Shown here: in pieces, positions 25,646 to 39,021 of the stretch | How positions within the stretch are numbered: position 1 is the stretch's first letter | How the letters are laid out: each line of letters starts with the position of its first letter | Assembly: GCF_036365525.1 (NCBI RefSeq) | Contig: NC_090371.1 | Location: 33,835,387 to 33,899,386, forward strand | Origin: Heterodontus francisci | Taxonomy: Eukaryota | DNA: 64,000 nucleotides | Direction: 5' to 3' | The notes under the pieces: model-generated | What the model was told of the DNA's origin: nothing | Databases searched by the model: none | What the model saw: the letters and a program-made list of their open reading frames with translations, nothing else | Made by a program: the position numbers and the translations under genes

Positions 25646-27879
25646 GTACCTAAGCTCTCTGGACTAAAGTAAGTTGAATATGTTCCGATGGACAGATAGC
25701 ATACACATGCATGTCAGGCAAACAGCAATTCTACAGATGTAGATTTCTCAATAGCTTGCTTTGGGAGATTCTTAAACATGACAATGTGTTTTACTCGTGT
25801 CAGATTTCTAGTTAGCCAAAGAAATGTGCCTCAGAAGCTCACCCTCTCTCTCGTGCCCCTTCCAGTATGGGTGTGATTTATTTCATTGTGTGTAACCATC
25901 ATCCTTGTCGTTTCCCTCAGTGAGACTGTCCATTTCAGTCAGCTTTTATCCCACCAGTGTGGGCTTGGTTCAAGGAGCCAAACCTGCCTAGTCACTCAGT
26001 CATCTAATTTAAAATTAATATAATTCTGATGTACAAATAGGAGCTAAAGAATCCCATTAGACCAGCACTAAAGACAATCCTGAAGAAAATTAACTGTCCA
26101 GCATATAATTATTGAATGGCAAAGCCAGAGCTGGGGGAAGTGGCTGGGCCGATGGTTTAGACGTGTTCTTTTACCTCTAAATTCACATCAAGCCCAGGCA
26201 GGCTTGATTCAACTGCCGGTTTTAATATGTGAAATAAGCTTGAGCAGGCACAACCCAGCATCAGTTCATGGCACCAATTTGGCAGAAAATCAGCAATCTC
26301 ATTCTAACAGGGCAGTGGACAGCTGGTGTGAGCAATGTAAAAATGTCACACGAGTGCTGTTCAGTGGCGGAGAGCAAGCTTCACTCTGGTCTGGGAGTGC
26401 CTGATGCTGACATCAAAACAGGAGGTGTTTCAATTAGTACTAATATTCCTGCACTTGATAAACACAAAAACATAATTTAAAATAGAAAAAAAACAATTGG
26501 CTATGGAGCAAGTTAATACATGGTCAGTCTTTGTGACACACACTACACTGTCAACAGTAGCAATGGACACGGTTTCATCTACTCATGAAACTGCGCGGTC
26601 AATTGGGATGCTGGAACAGTTGGAGCTTTCAAGACTCCAATGAATAGATTTTTGTCAGATAATGGTATCAAGAAATATAGAGCTAAGGCAGGTAAATGGA
26701 GTTGAAGTTCCTGTCAGCTATAATTCAATGGTGGAACAGACTCAATGATCTGAATGGCCTCCTCCTACTCCTATTCCACTTAGACCTAAAAGATCTCCAA
26801 GGCAGAGCATAGAGAGAAACATTGGTCAGAGATGTTCACACACCTGTAACAGAGGCCATTTGATATAATTTAGATGGCAGTAAAATTGGGTGCTCTCTGT
26901 TATGGACATGTGAACCTCCATGCCTAGTTTTCCTTTGCCCTGGCCATCCTTTACGCTCACGTGCAAATCTGCCCCAAAGTGCCTCACCATTCTGTCAAAC
27001 TTACAAAAGCAGATCTCTGAGTGAAAATAAATTGGCTAAGATTTTGAATCTGGCTTTAAGACTACTTGAAATATTGTTATGGGGCCACAGGACTAAATTG
27101 TTGACATACCTAAGAGAGCATTCAGGACTGGCCAAACAAGAAATGTGTTACTGAATGGGACAATTGAGAAAAATACATTAGAAAGATTAAATTGTCCCTG
27201 GGTTTGCTTAATATTTTCTTACATTTCAGCAGTGATGACACTTCAATATTACTTCATTGGCTGTAAGGCACTTTGAGACGTCCTGTGTTTGTGAATGGTG
27301 CTGTGTTGGAAGTTGAAAGAACAGAGGCAGATAGAGATTGTAATGGTCTGATCAAAGCAGTAAGGATAATCTCTTCCTTTGTGATTTTTCTCACTGTGGA
27401 TTATGTCATAAGAAAAAGAACAGTTGCTATTACAGACACAGCGTGGAGCTAAAGTGTAATTTGTTGAGTTTTATGGAACTACTCATGGATCAGGAGGATT
27501 AGCCGAGGAAGCCAGCATGTGTTCCCTGTATCCATAGTGATTATCACCAATTTCCTTTATTAGAAAAGGCCAGTTAAAAAGCATTTCTGGATAAAAGACA
27601 TTTTAACAATTTCAGGGAAGGAACATGCTGTGTGAAAAAGATACCTTGGAGCTAGTCTTCAACATGTATATTCTGCTTTACTGCAGAAATAGTGAAATGT
27701 CAATTAGTATTTTATACTAATGGAGAGCAACAATATATAAGATTTTATGGTAACTATTTCCTCATAATTTTCAACCACACAACCACTAAATGAAAAGAAA
27801 GTAGTCCAGAAACCAAGTAGTTAATTGGTTTAATGCAACATGAGCATTCATAAATGTTCTTTCCTTCAATGTACTATAA

Positions 27880-28850
27880 CAGGGTTGTCCAACCTTTTCA
27901 CCTGGGGACCACATTCCAATTTTTGTCGTACATTGGGGCCAGTGAGACAATTTCAGAAAGATAAAGGCATTAAAAATGTATCTTACTATTCACCAAAACA
28001 ACAAATGTACATTTTTGTGAAGAAGCTTTAAACGAGAAGATGAATTTATTGACTTACTTTCTCATCACTATGTTAAACTCTGATTTAGGAAGATACTTGG
28101 CATTTTTTGCTTGCACACTTCTTGTAGCAATGTGGATAAATGTCCATCTATCAGGACTGATCTTGATCACTCTCTCTCCCTCTCTCTGTCTCCCTCACTC
28201 TCTGACTCTCTCTGTCTCTGACTCTTTCTCTCCCTGTGTTCCCCCCACCTCTGTGTTGTTCTCCCTCCCTGTGCCATCCTTGCTCTCTGTGTCCCCCTCT
28301 TTCTCTCTCTGTTCCACCCGCCCCCCCCCCCCCACAGTTCTCTCTCTCTGTGTCCCCTCTCTCTCAAGCCTCTCCCCTTCTCTCTCTGCCTTCTTCTCCA
28401 TCTCCCTCTCTTTCTCTTTCTCTTTCCCTATCTCCCTCCCCCCCACCCCCCCACCTCTACCCCCCTTTCTCTCTTTCTCTGTCTCTCTCTCTCTGACAGT
28501 TGCAGGGAGTGGTAGAGCTCAGCATAGAAACTTTATGGTTGGTCAGTTTTTATTTAAAAGTTACGCTGAGTTTCTCAGCTGAGAACTCAGTTTCCCACCT
28601 TCGGACAGATTCGGGGGTTTTCGGAGGCCTTTTAAAAATAAGTCAGAAAACCAGGAATCTTTCGAAATTGGGAAACCACTGTTCCCGTTCTCATGTAGCA
28701 CCTGTCAGCTGTGAAACTGACTAGCGATGTTTTTTAAAAATCAGTCTGGAGGAAGAAGACGATGGAAAATTTCTCATCTCTGAAATACACCAGCCGGCTG
28801 GATGGAAACCTTTGGCAGGCTGGATCCTGGCCGTATGTTGGACAACCCTA
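27880..28850. mobile_element. Non-autonomous hAT-type DNA transposon with an internal CT-rich low-complexity tract
   Basis: TIRs cagggttgtccaac / gttggacaacccta; 8-bp flanks tactataa / ttctacaa (6/8 match). Confidence 0.75.
28165..28497. repeat. Polypyrimidine (CT)-rich low-complexity tract
   Basis: Sequence is nearly all C/T on the + strand. Confidence 0.9.
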
Positions 28851-29351
28851 TTCTACAACAAAAGCTTGTATTCATATAGTGCCTTAATGTAGTAAATATA
28901 TCCCAAGACACTTCACAGGAGCACCATTAAACAAAATTTGACACCAAGCCCCATAAAGAGATAAAAGGACAGGTGACCAAAACCTTGTTTCACAAAGTAG
29001 ATTTTAAGATGCGACTTAAAGGAAAAGAGAGAGGTAGACGGACATAAAGCTTGTGCCTAGGCAGCTGAAGGCATGGCTACGAATGGTGAAGCAATGGTGG
29101 AGGCACAAGAGGCAGAATAAGAGGAGCACAGATTTCTCAGAAGGTTGTGGTACTGGGAAAGGTTACAGATAAACAGTGTTGATATTAGCAGGCGTAAAGC
29201 TTGCTGGGGAGCAGATCGGTCACTGAACTTTACAACGAGCAGAAGGATCTCAGCAAATTTTAGAACTCTCAGGGCATAGATGTCAATAATATGTCCATGT
29301 CAAAGCTTAGACCACAGTTGAGTGGTTTGCATGCCATCAGCTTAAGTGCCC

Positions 29352-29477
29352 TGTTACAATCAAGTGAGGAGGGGTCAAAAGATTCCCTTCTTGTCCCTCT
29401 TCTTGTTTGACCGCAACAGAGTTTATTTCTTTTAAACAGTGGATGTACTTACCAATTTAGTGAGTATTTAACTCTTT
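29352..29477 (-). mobile_element. Possible LTR 3'-end fragment
   Basis: Reverse complement ends ...cctcacttgattgtaaca, resembling the ends of the other LTRs here. Confidence 0.35.
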
Positions 29478-32200
29478 GGGCTGGATTTTACCAGCCCCTC
29501 GGCATCGTGGTGGGAAGGCCCGTAAAATACATGCGGGAGAGGCCCGCCTCGACCCATGATGGCAAGAAGGCCCCGCCGCATATTACCAGCGGCGGCAGGA
29601 TCTCGGTGTGGCCCCCCCCACCCCACCACTCAGCAGCAGCACCTCAATTATAATATGGAAAGGATTACCTACCTCTCCTGATTATGCATCCCGCCACCTC
29701 TCGATCCACACTTCCGCGTTTTACGGCCATCACGTGCCGTCCCGTTCACAAACCTAAGAAGCAGATGGGACATCAGAAGCAGGAGTACACGCTCACAGTG
29801 CAGGTAAGTCCAGATATAAAGCGGTCAGAACTCTGCATACTTGAAGGGAGATGGGAGGGGGGGTTGAGACTACTGGAGGCAAAGCTCTATTGGCATGAAG
29901 GGAGGTATTGCGTACCCTCCCTCCATGAATGGTGTCCGCTCTGCGCCATTGTACATGTGTGTGTGTGAAGGAGCAATGGCACTCTAGTCACCCTGTGTGT
30001 GAGGAGGGTGCCAGAACCGGCAGGAGTGTAAAGGTTACCTGGCTGGTGGGGGCAAATGATGAGACTGGTAGAATCGTCATGTAGACATGCTGTGCCAGAG
30101 CAAAGATGGGCGATGCCATGCCACGCCACATAGTTGATCCATGAAAGCACCTGATGTACCCGTCAACAACAATGCCTGCTCTGTTAGGAGCCTTCGATTA
30201 ACTGAAGGAAACTTTATTTATCACATGGAAATGGGTATGTTTCATACCAGATTGTGTCATCTGCTTCCCCTGAGGATCCATATGCACCAGAGGCAAAAGT
30301 CAACAGGCAGGTGCAGTCCACATAGAGGCCCCCAGTCGTGAGCAGCAGTCCCCATGGGGAGATCGCCATTGCAGGTCGCCGCACATCTACAGTCCCCACA
30401 TGACATGCCAGCAAATGCAGGGTACCAAAGTCAGAGGTGATTGTGCGTGTAGAGAGGGTGGTGACACCTCTCTGTGCCCTGCTCAAAGATGACCTGCAGC
30501 CCATGGGCTTCGATGGACATCCTATGCCTGCAATCCTCATAGTGGCAGAGGCTCTTAAACTTGACGCCTATGCTGCATTTCAGAGGCCCACCAGAGACCT
30601 TTGTGGGGTCACACAGTCAGCAGTACACTGCTGCATGAGGGAGGTCACCGATGCCCTGCACTAGAGGGCCAGTGAGAATGTCCGCTTCAGGAAGAGCTCT
30701 CACAGCCAGGGCCAGAGGGCCATCAGTTTTGGCACCATTGCTGGATAACCAAAGGTTTTAGGGTTCATAGACTGCACTCCTGTGGCCATCAGGCCTCCTG
30801 CCAGGCTGCCACCTGCAAATGTTACCATTAAAGGAATCCTCTCAATCTCGGTGAAGCTGGTATGTGCTCACCGGAAATGCTTCATGTAAATCTGTGCCTG
30901 CTTCTCAGGCAGCTGCCATGACACCTGGGTCTTGTGCCAGTCCCAGCTGCCACCGCTGTTCATTGAACAGGCCCAGATGGAGGGGTGGCTTCTTGGAGAC
31001 AAGGGCTATCCTTTGCCAACATGACTCCTGACACCAGTGAGAGACCCCACCACTGCTACAGATGAGAGATACAATGCCAGTCACTGAGCTACAGGAGCCG
31101 CCATTGAGCAGGAGATTGGCATGCTGAAAATGTGCTTCCAATACTTGGATGGATAGGGTGATGCCATGTACTATGGGCCAAAAAGGTCACCTCCTTTCTT
31201 TGCTGCGCACTGTGCTCTGCACAACTACACATCCAATAGGGGACAGGCCTGGTATGATGAGGAGAGACATCAACAGGATTCCTCCTCGGACTATGAGGAC
31301 ACTGAAGACCTACAACATGAAAGATGCATGGGAGGGCAGATGGCACCCAGGCTCGATGACTCTGCATGCAGGGCTAGCAGTGAGTTAAGGATGTACGGAA
31401 GTGGCTTAACAGACAATGGCTGTCTGCTCCATAGGAACCGACATGAGCTCTGCAAGCCACACATCACCCTCGCTCACCTGCTGTGCACCAGATCACATCT
31501 GCAGCATCCCTGTGTAAACCATTAGAGGCAGCAGCTGACTGAGCCAATGTCCATGTCACTGCATCCATGGAGATGCTCATGAGTAATGGTGGCATGGCAA
31601 TGATGTTATTGCATACGTTGGCTTTTCTGAAGGGTCAATGGTGCAAAGGGATGTGACATTGGCACACACATGTTGGTGAAGAACATTTAGTGAAAGACGT
31701 ATTTACATTGCTGTGACACCCATGCATTCCCATTTGTGTCAGTGTGTTCTCTTTAAATGCTTGTGAGTGCCCCTTCTCGGTGCAACCTCTGCACTAGCAG
31801 CCTGACTGGAGGAAAGCTGCTGATCTGATTGCCCTTTGGCTGTGGATAACTTTGGAGCTTATCCTCTGTGTCCACAAGGCCCCGGCTTGCTGGGGGAATG
31901 ATCGCTCATCCTCTTCCAGCATTGGACCCTTTGATGCCAGATGGCCCCAGGGCTACTCACCTCCCCTGCCACCTCCAGCCAGGCTGCCTTGGGCAGGCGG
32001 GAAGGAAGGCCTCTTCTTACCATTGCTGGGGAAAAGGACCTCCCGCCTTTCCTGCACAGCCTGGAGGAGAGTAAGCAGGGAGGGATCACTGAACTGTGGG
32101 GCCACCCTAGAACACCCCTCTGCCATCCTCGATTTTTGGTCTGGTCTTTTAAATGGAAAGGTGACTCCACAGTGTAACTGCTCTAACTTCTGGCTGCAAG
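29478..32200 (+). mobile_element. Decayed PIF/Harbinger DNA transposon
   Basis: gggctggattttacc terminus; transposase pseudogene inside; GC-rich downstream part is probably the convergent accessory gene; right end not located. Confidence 0.75.
30437..31320 (+). pseudogene. Harbinger/HARBI1-like DDE transposase pseudogene
   Basis: [67 protein letters not shown], with multiple in-frame stops. Confidence 0.88.
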
Positions 32201-32711
32201 GTTTTCTTGCACATGTTTGAAAACCATTGCAGGACTATTGAGGAAATCTGTGCTATTGTCATGGTTTTTCATCTATGACAGATCGACACATGTTCATATA
32301 CACTTTGCTTCTGCAGCAGCTAATCATAGTCATTGATGTAATATTTCTAGTTGGCAATGCAGCTAGAATATGAACATATTTTCCTGGTTCTTTATGAAGA
32401 TCTTTTAATTGCAGTTGCATGTCTTTTCACATGACAGCAGAGAAATGAATACAAATTCCAAATGCATATTAGTCTGCAGCTTTTTACAGTCTGATGATTA
32501 GAAGCCCATTGTATGTAGATATTCTTCAAATATGGTTTTATTTCTGTTGTGTATTTGCCTTTTATGGTACAATTTAGTCTCACATCCTAGTTTCTGCAAA
32601 ATTAAGATTATTCACCCAGGTGCAGCACGTCTACAAGAAGGAATGTTACACTTGAGTGGAAGAAGAGGATCACAACTTCACAGGACACTGGAACACAGCA
32701 GGGTAAGTATG

Positions 32712-32883
32712 TGGCAGCAAAACAGAAAGTGCTGGGGTCACTCAGCAGGTCAGGCAGCATTTGTGGAGAGGGAAGCAGAGTTAACTTTCAGGTCTGTGAA
32801 CTTGGACAAGTTAACTCTGCTTCTCTCTCCATAGATGCTGCCTGGCCTGCTGGATTTCTGCAGCACTTTCTGCTTTGCTGCCA
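32712..32883. repeat. Hairpin formed by two inverted PLE-tail segments
   Basis: Arms 32712-32787 and 32808-32883 are imperfect reverse complements; both match the PLE tail (gttaactctgcttctctctccatagatgctgcc). Confidence 0.8.
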
Positions 32884-33184
32884 GATTGACAGCAGCCCCA
32901 CTCTTCAACAGTGAGGTAAGTATTTCTTTGGCAGCTGTCAGGAAGCAGGTGCTGGAGCGCTTTAATTAGGGCCAAAGCACCTACTACACAGGAGACAAAA
33001 TGTCCCTCAATGCGCCGGATGTCCTTCCTCTCCCCATGTTTTATGGGGGTGCGGTGCATCGCAGTGATGCTAATGAGCCCCCGTCCATAACATCGCGGGG
33101 GCTCTGCGGCGGCGCTCAGTGTGGGCAAGCCACCGACTTCAAAGCGCACCACCGCGATGTGCAATGCGCTAATAAAATTTAGCC

Positions 33185-33860
33185 CCATATTTCCACATGT
33201 CAATCTGCACCTGTCGCTCACCAATCTTATTAACAACACTCAGTGCATTCACATACATGCACATTAACCCTGATTTAGACTTTATTACTTTCTCCCTTAC
33301 TCTGACCTCACCTAATAACTTACTATTCTCTACTCCAGTGCTATCTATCTCTCCCAGTATTCTGTGCACATTGGTATTCCTTTCTGATATTTCCTCCTGG
33401 TTCCAACACCCCTTCCAAGTTAGATTAAACCATCCCCAATAGCACTCGCAAATCACCCCACAAGGAAATTTGTCCCAGCTTTGTTAGGTGCAACCTGTCC
33501 GGCCAGTACAGGTCCCACCTTCTCAAGCACTGGTCCCAGTGTTCCAAGATGTTAAAGCCCTCCCTCCTGCACCATCTCACCAGCCAGGCATTCATCTGCA
33601 CGATCCTCCTATTTCTACACTTACTTGCACGTGGTACTGGGATTAATCTGGTGATTACTACTTTTAAGGTCCTGCTTGCTAATTTCTTACCTAGCTCACT
33701 AAACTCTTTCTGCAGGACCACATCCCTTTTTCTACCTATGTCGTTGGTACCATGTTGTACCATGACCTTTGGCTGTTCACCCTCCCTCTCAGAGCTCTTT
33801 GCAGCCCTTCAGTAACATCCTTGACCCTGGCACCAGGGAGGCAACACACCATCCTGGATT
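33185..33860 (-). mobile_element. CR1 fragment (ORF1 esterase region and ORF2 start)
   Basis: MVQHGTNDIGRKRDVVLQKEFSELGKKLASRT...DRLHL matches ORF1 at 56967; LMCMYVNALSVVNKIGE is the endonuclease start. Confidence 0.85.
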
Positions 33861-34140
33861 CAGACGATGGTGCAGCAACAAGATGAAGTTCTTGCTGCAG
33901 CTAATGAACCAGGTAAGTTTGTATTTTTCTGTGCAGTCAGTGACAAATGCCACCACTTCACTGCTGACTGCAAAATCTGGGCCAATAATAAATCTGATAT
34001 TTCTGGGACGGCATCAGAAAATCGCCCACAAAAGCAGCCGGATTGTTGTATAAATCTGCCTAATCTCCTTCAGTGGGGAGCCTAATGCCTCTACCTGGTC
34101 TGACTGACAGTCTCGTACTTTCTTATTGACTCTTAATGCC

Positions 34141-37060
34141 CTCAGAAAATTAGGATAGGCGATAGCTAAGGGAATTAGGATAGGTGATAGCTAAGGGAAT
34201 TAGGAAAGGTTATAGCTCAGAGAATTAGGATAGGTGATAGCTCAGAGAATTAGGATAGGTGATAGCTCAGAGAATTAGGATAGGTGATAGCTAAGAGAAT
34301 TAGGATAGGTGATAGCTCAGAGAATTAGGATAGGTGATAGCTCAGAGAATTAGGATAGGTGATAGCTCAGAGAATTAGGATAGGTGATAGCTCAGAGAAT
34401 TAGGATAGGTGATAGCTCAGAGAATTAGGATAGGTGATAGCTCAGAGAATTAGGATAGGTGATAGCTCAGAGAATTAGGATAGGTGATAGCTCAGAGAAT
34501 TAGGATAGGTGATAGCTAAGAGAATTAGGATAGGTGACAGCTCAGAGAATTAGGACAGGTTATTACTCAGGGAATTAGGATAGGTGATAGCTCAGAGAAT
34601 TAGAATAGGTTATAGCTAAGAGAATTAGGATAGGTGATAGCTCAGAGAATTAGGATAGGTGATAGCTCAGAGAATTAGGATAGGTGATAGCTCAGAGAAT
34701 TAGGATAGGTGATAGCTCAGAGAATTAGGATAGGTGATAGCTCAGAGAATTAGGATAGGTGATAGCTCAGAGAATTAGGATAGGCGATAGCTCAGAGAAT
34801 TAGGATAGGTGATAGCTCAGAGAATTAGGATAGGTGATAGCTCAGAGAATTAGGATAGGTGATAGCTCAGAGAATTAGGATAGGTTATAGCTCAGAGAAT
34901 TAGGATAGGTGATTGCTAAGAGAATTAGGATAGGTTATAGCTCAGAGAATTAGGATAGGTGATAGCTCAGAGAATTAGCATAGGTGATTGCTAAGAGAAT
35001 TAGGATAGGCGATAGCTCAGAGAATTAGGATAGGTGATAGCTCAGAGAATTAGGATTGGTGATAGCTCAGAGAATTAGGATAGGTGATAGCTCAGAGAAT
35101 TAGGATAGGTGATAGCTCAGAGAATTAGGATAGGCGATAGCTCAGAGAATTAGGATAGGTGATAGCTCAGAGAATTAGGATAGGTGATTGCTAAGAGAAT
35201 TAGGATAGGTTATAGCTCAGAGAATTAGGATAGGTGATAGCTCAGAGAATTAGGATAGGTGATTGCTAAGAGAATTAGGATAGGTTATAGCTCAGAGAAT
35301 TAGGATAGGTGATAGCTCAGAGAATTAGGATAGGTGATTGCTAAGAGAATTAGGATAGGCGATAGCTCAGAGAATTAGGATAGGTGATAGCTCAGAGAAT
35401 TAGGATTGGTGATAGCTCAGAGAATTAGGATAGGCGATAGCTCAGAGAATTAGGATAGGTGATAGCTCAGAGAATTAGGATAGGTGATAGCTCAGAGAAT
35501 TAGGATAGGTGATAGCTCAGAGAATTAGGATAGGTTATAGCTCAGAGAATTAGGATAGGTGATTGCTAAGAGAATTAGGATAGGTTATAGCTCAGAGAAT
35601 TAGGATAGGTGATTGCTAAGAGAATTAGGATAGGTTATTACTCAGGGAATTAGGATAGGTGATAGCTCAGAGAATTAGGATAGGTGATTGCTAAGAGAAT
35701 TAGGATAGGTTATAGCTCAGAGAATTAGGATAGGTGATAGCTCAGAGAATTAGGATAGGTGATTGCTAAGAGAATTAGGATAGGTGATAGCTCAGAGAAT
35801 TAGGATAGGTTATAGCTCAGAGAATTAGGATAGGTGATTGCTAAGAGAATTAGGATAGGTGATAGCTCAGAGAATTAGGATAGGTGATAGCTCAGAGAAT
35901 TAGGATAGGTGATAGCTAAGAGAATTAGCATAGGCGATAGCTCAGAGAATTAGGATAGGTGATAGCTCAGAGAATTAGGATAGGTGATAGCTAAGAGAAT
36001 TAGCATAGGTGATAGCTCAGAGAATTAAGATAGGCGATAGCTCAGAGAATTAGGGTAGGTGATAGCTCAGAGAATTAGGATAGGCGATAGCTCAGAGAAT
36101 TAGGATAGGTGATAGCTAAGAGAATTAGCATAGGTGATAGCTCAGAGAATTAGGATAGGCGATAGCTCAGAGAATTAGGGTAGGTGATAGCTCAGAGAAT
36201 TAGGATAGGCGATAGCTAAGAGAATTAGGATAGGCGATAGCTAAGAGAATTAGGATTGGTGATAGCTAAGAGAATTAGGATAGGTGATAGCTAAGAGAAT
36301 TAGGATAGGTGATAGCTCAGAGAATTAGGATAGGCGATAGCTAAGAGAATTAGGATAGGCGATAGCTCAGAGAATTAGGATAGGTGATAGCTAAGAGAAT
36401 TAGGATAGGTGATAGCTCAGAGAATTAGGATAGGTGATAGCTCAGAGAATTAGGATAGGTGATAGCTAAGAGAATTAGGATAGGTGATAGCTCAGAGAAT
36501 TAGGATAGGCGATCGCTCAGAGAATTAGGATAGGTGATAGCTCAGAGAATTAGGATAGGCGATAGCTCAGAGAATTAGGATAGGTGATAGCTAAGAGAAT
36601 TAGGATAGGTGATAGCTCAGAGAATTAGGATAGGTGATAGCTCAGAGAATTAGGATAGGCGATAGCTAAGAGAATTAGGATAGGTGATAGCTCAGAGAAT
36701 TAGGATAGGCGATAGCTCAGAGAATTAGGATAGGTGATAGCTCAGAGAATTAGGATAGGTGATAGCTCAGAGAATTAGGATAGGTGATAGCTCAGAGAAT
36801 TAGGGTAGGTGATAGCTCAGAGAATTAGGATAGGTGATAGCTCAGAGAATTAGGATAGGTGATAGCTCAGAGAATTAGGATAGGTGATAGCTCAGAGAAT
36901 TAGGATAGGTGATAGCTAAGAGAATTAGGATAGGCGATAGCTAAGAGAATTAGCATAGGCGATAGCTCAGAGAATTAGGATAGGTGATAGCTAAGAGAAT
37001 TAGGATAGGCGATAGCTAAGAGAATTAGCATAGGCGATAGCTCAGAGAATTAGGATAGGC
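34141..37060. repeat. 25-bp minisatellite, ~117 units (gatagctcagagaattaggataggt)
   Basis: Strict 25-bp periodicity with point variants. Confidence 0.98.
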
Positions 37061-37393
37061 GAGAATTTAGGCAGAGATTGGCCAAGGCACATGAACTTCC
37101 AAGTGTCCTTGAGGACACGGTTGAAGTGTCACTGGTTAAAACAGCATGGCTTACCGGCACAGACCAATGGTAACCTTCTTTCTTTTTGTCCTGCCAGTAC
37201 TATTACTCCATTTGAATGTTGACTCTACCATTTTTTCTGGAGCTAGTGAGGAGGTCCCAGTCTCCAATAACAGGTCTATGCATCCAGGCCTGTTTTCTGG
37301 TACCCAGCTCAACCCTAAAGATGATGTTTGATATGAGCTCTCTTCCAGTCCACAGGCAGACCTGAGGCCTTACACCCTTATGTATGCTGTGAG

Positions 37394-38550
37394 TGGAGGC
37401 GGCAGATACAGCAGAGGATGATCCTTTGGATGTGGAGGCTGGTGGTGTGGAAAGTGAGGACAAGGGGAACCCTGTCGCAGTTCTGGGAGGGAGGGGAAGG
37501 GGCGAGGGCAGAAGTGTGGGAAATGGGTCAGACACAGTTGAGGGTCCTATCAACCATAGTGTGGGGGAATCCTCGGTTGAGGATAAAGGAAGACATATAT
37601 GAAACGCTCTTGTGGAAGGTTGCATCATCAAAACAGATGCGGCAGAGACGGAGAAACTCGGAGAATGGAATGGAGTCCTTACAGGAGGCAGTATGTGAGG
37701 AAGTCTAGTCGAGGTTCCAGTTTCCATGCCCGAACCACCTCCTCTTCTTCCCCTCCGCAGTCAGCATTCCAAAGGGAAGGTTCCCTCCGTGACTCCCCAG
37801 TTCACTCCTCCATCACCCCTGACATCACTTCCCCTTCCTAATGCACCTTCCCATGCAATTGCAGGAGGTGTAACATCTACCCTTTTACCCCTTTACCGAG
37901 CTTCCGATCGCTTGCCATTTTAATTCACCACCTTGCTCTCACGCCCACATTTCTGTCCTCGGCCTGCTGCAGTGTTCCACTGAAGCTCAATGCAAGCTCG
38001 AGGAACAGCACCTCACCTACTGATTAGGCATTTTACAACCTTCTAGACTCAACATTGAGTTCAACAATTTCAGACCGTGAACCACATCTTGACTATTTTT
38101 TTACCGGTCTTAAACTTGTGTTTCATATTTTTGTTTTTGCTTGCATGCTGAGCAGAGGTGGTCCCCAAGGCGTTCACCCAATCTGTGTTTGGTCTTCCCA
38201 ATGTAGAGACATTATCCTGCCATTAACACTCTCTCTGGACAAATGCTTTGTCTTTTACAACAACATTACCAGTTCCTTTTCATTTTGTTCCGTGACATCT
38301 TTGTCATTTAATCTCTCCCGCCCTCCGCCCTATCACAGACCTTCCCGTTTGTTCTTCCTCCACCTCTCCCCTTTCAATAGCATAAAGCCCATCACATTTC
38401 TACCTTCCTTTGGTTCTGAAGAAGAGTCATATGACTTGAAACATCAACTCTGTTTCTCCACAGATGCTGCCTGCCCTGCTGAGTATTTCTAGCACTTTCT
38501 GCTTTTATTTCAGATTTCCAGCATCTGCAGTATTTTGCTTTTATTTTAGC
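37394..38550 (+). mobile_element. Penelope-like element with an inverted 5' segment
   Basis: 37394-37715 is PLE on the minus strand, ~37730-38550 is PLE on the plus strand with its tail; hammerhead-like motif at 38412-38449. Confidence 0.8.
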
Positions 38551-39021
38551 CCAAATTGATGCATTACTGGTCCCTGCTGTTTTTAAGAGCAGCCCAGCAA
38601 GACCAGCATTATACACTCCTCCGGAACCCATTGAGGCGCACCACCAACATCTGATTTTCGGTGCATCTGCGATCGCCAGAAATTGCGGTCCTGTTCCGGC
38701 TCCCAATAACGGCGAACATCTCAGCTTTCACCGCTATTGGGACCATAAAATCCGTGTCAAATCATTTAATTTCACAACTTGCCATTTTTAGATTTGAACT
38801 ATGACCTCTGGTTTGCTGGTCCAATATCATAACCATGAGGCCACAGATCCCTCCTAAGCACAGTGATATGATTCCATGCCTGTCAGATACCCAGCTGACC
38901 ACAAAAGGCACATTTGCATAATTAATTATTTACAATTATTGCTTTACGGTGTTGGGAGTTAAATGGATAATTGCTGTGTTTTAACAATTAAAACAGTTGC
39001 AGCAACGACAGGTCACATTTC

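Noticed and set aside
28040-28582. ORFs rich in S/L/P or E/R/G
   Set aside because: Translations of the CT-rich low-complexity tract inside the hAT element.
30437-31320. Domesticated host HARBI1 gene
   Set aside because: Many in-frame stops and a transposon terminus upstream indicate a dead transposon copy.
34141-37060. Interstitial telomere or CRISPR array
   Set aside because: TTAGGA occurs only as part of a 25-bp unit; there is no (TTAGGG)n tract and no spacers.
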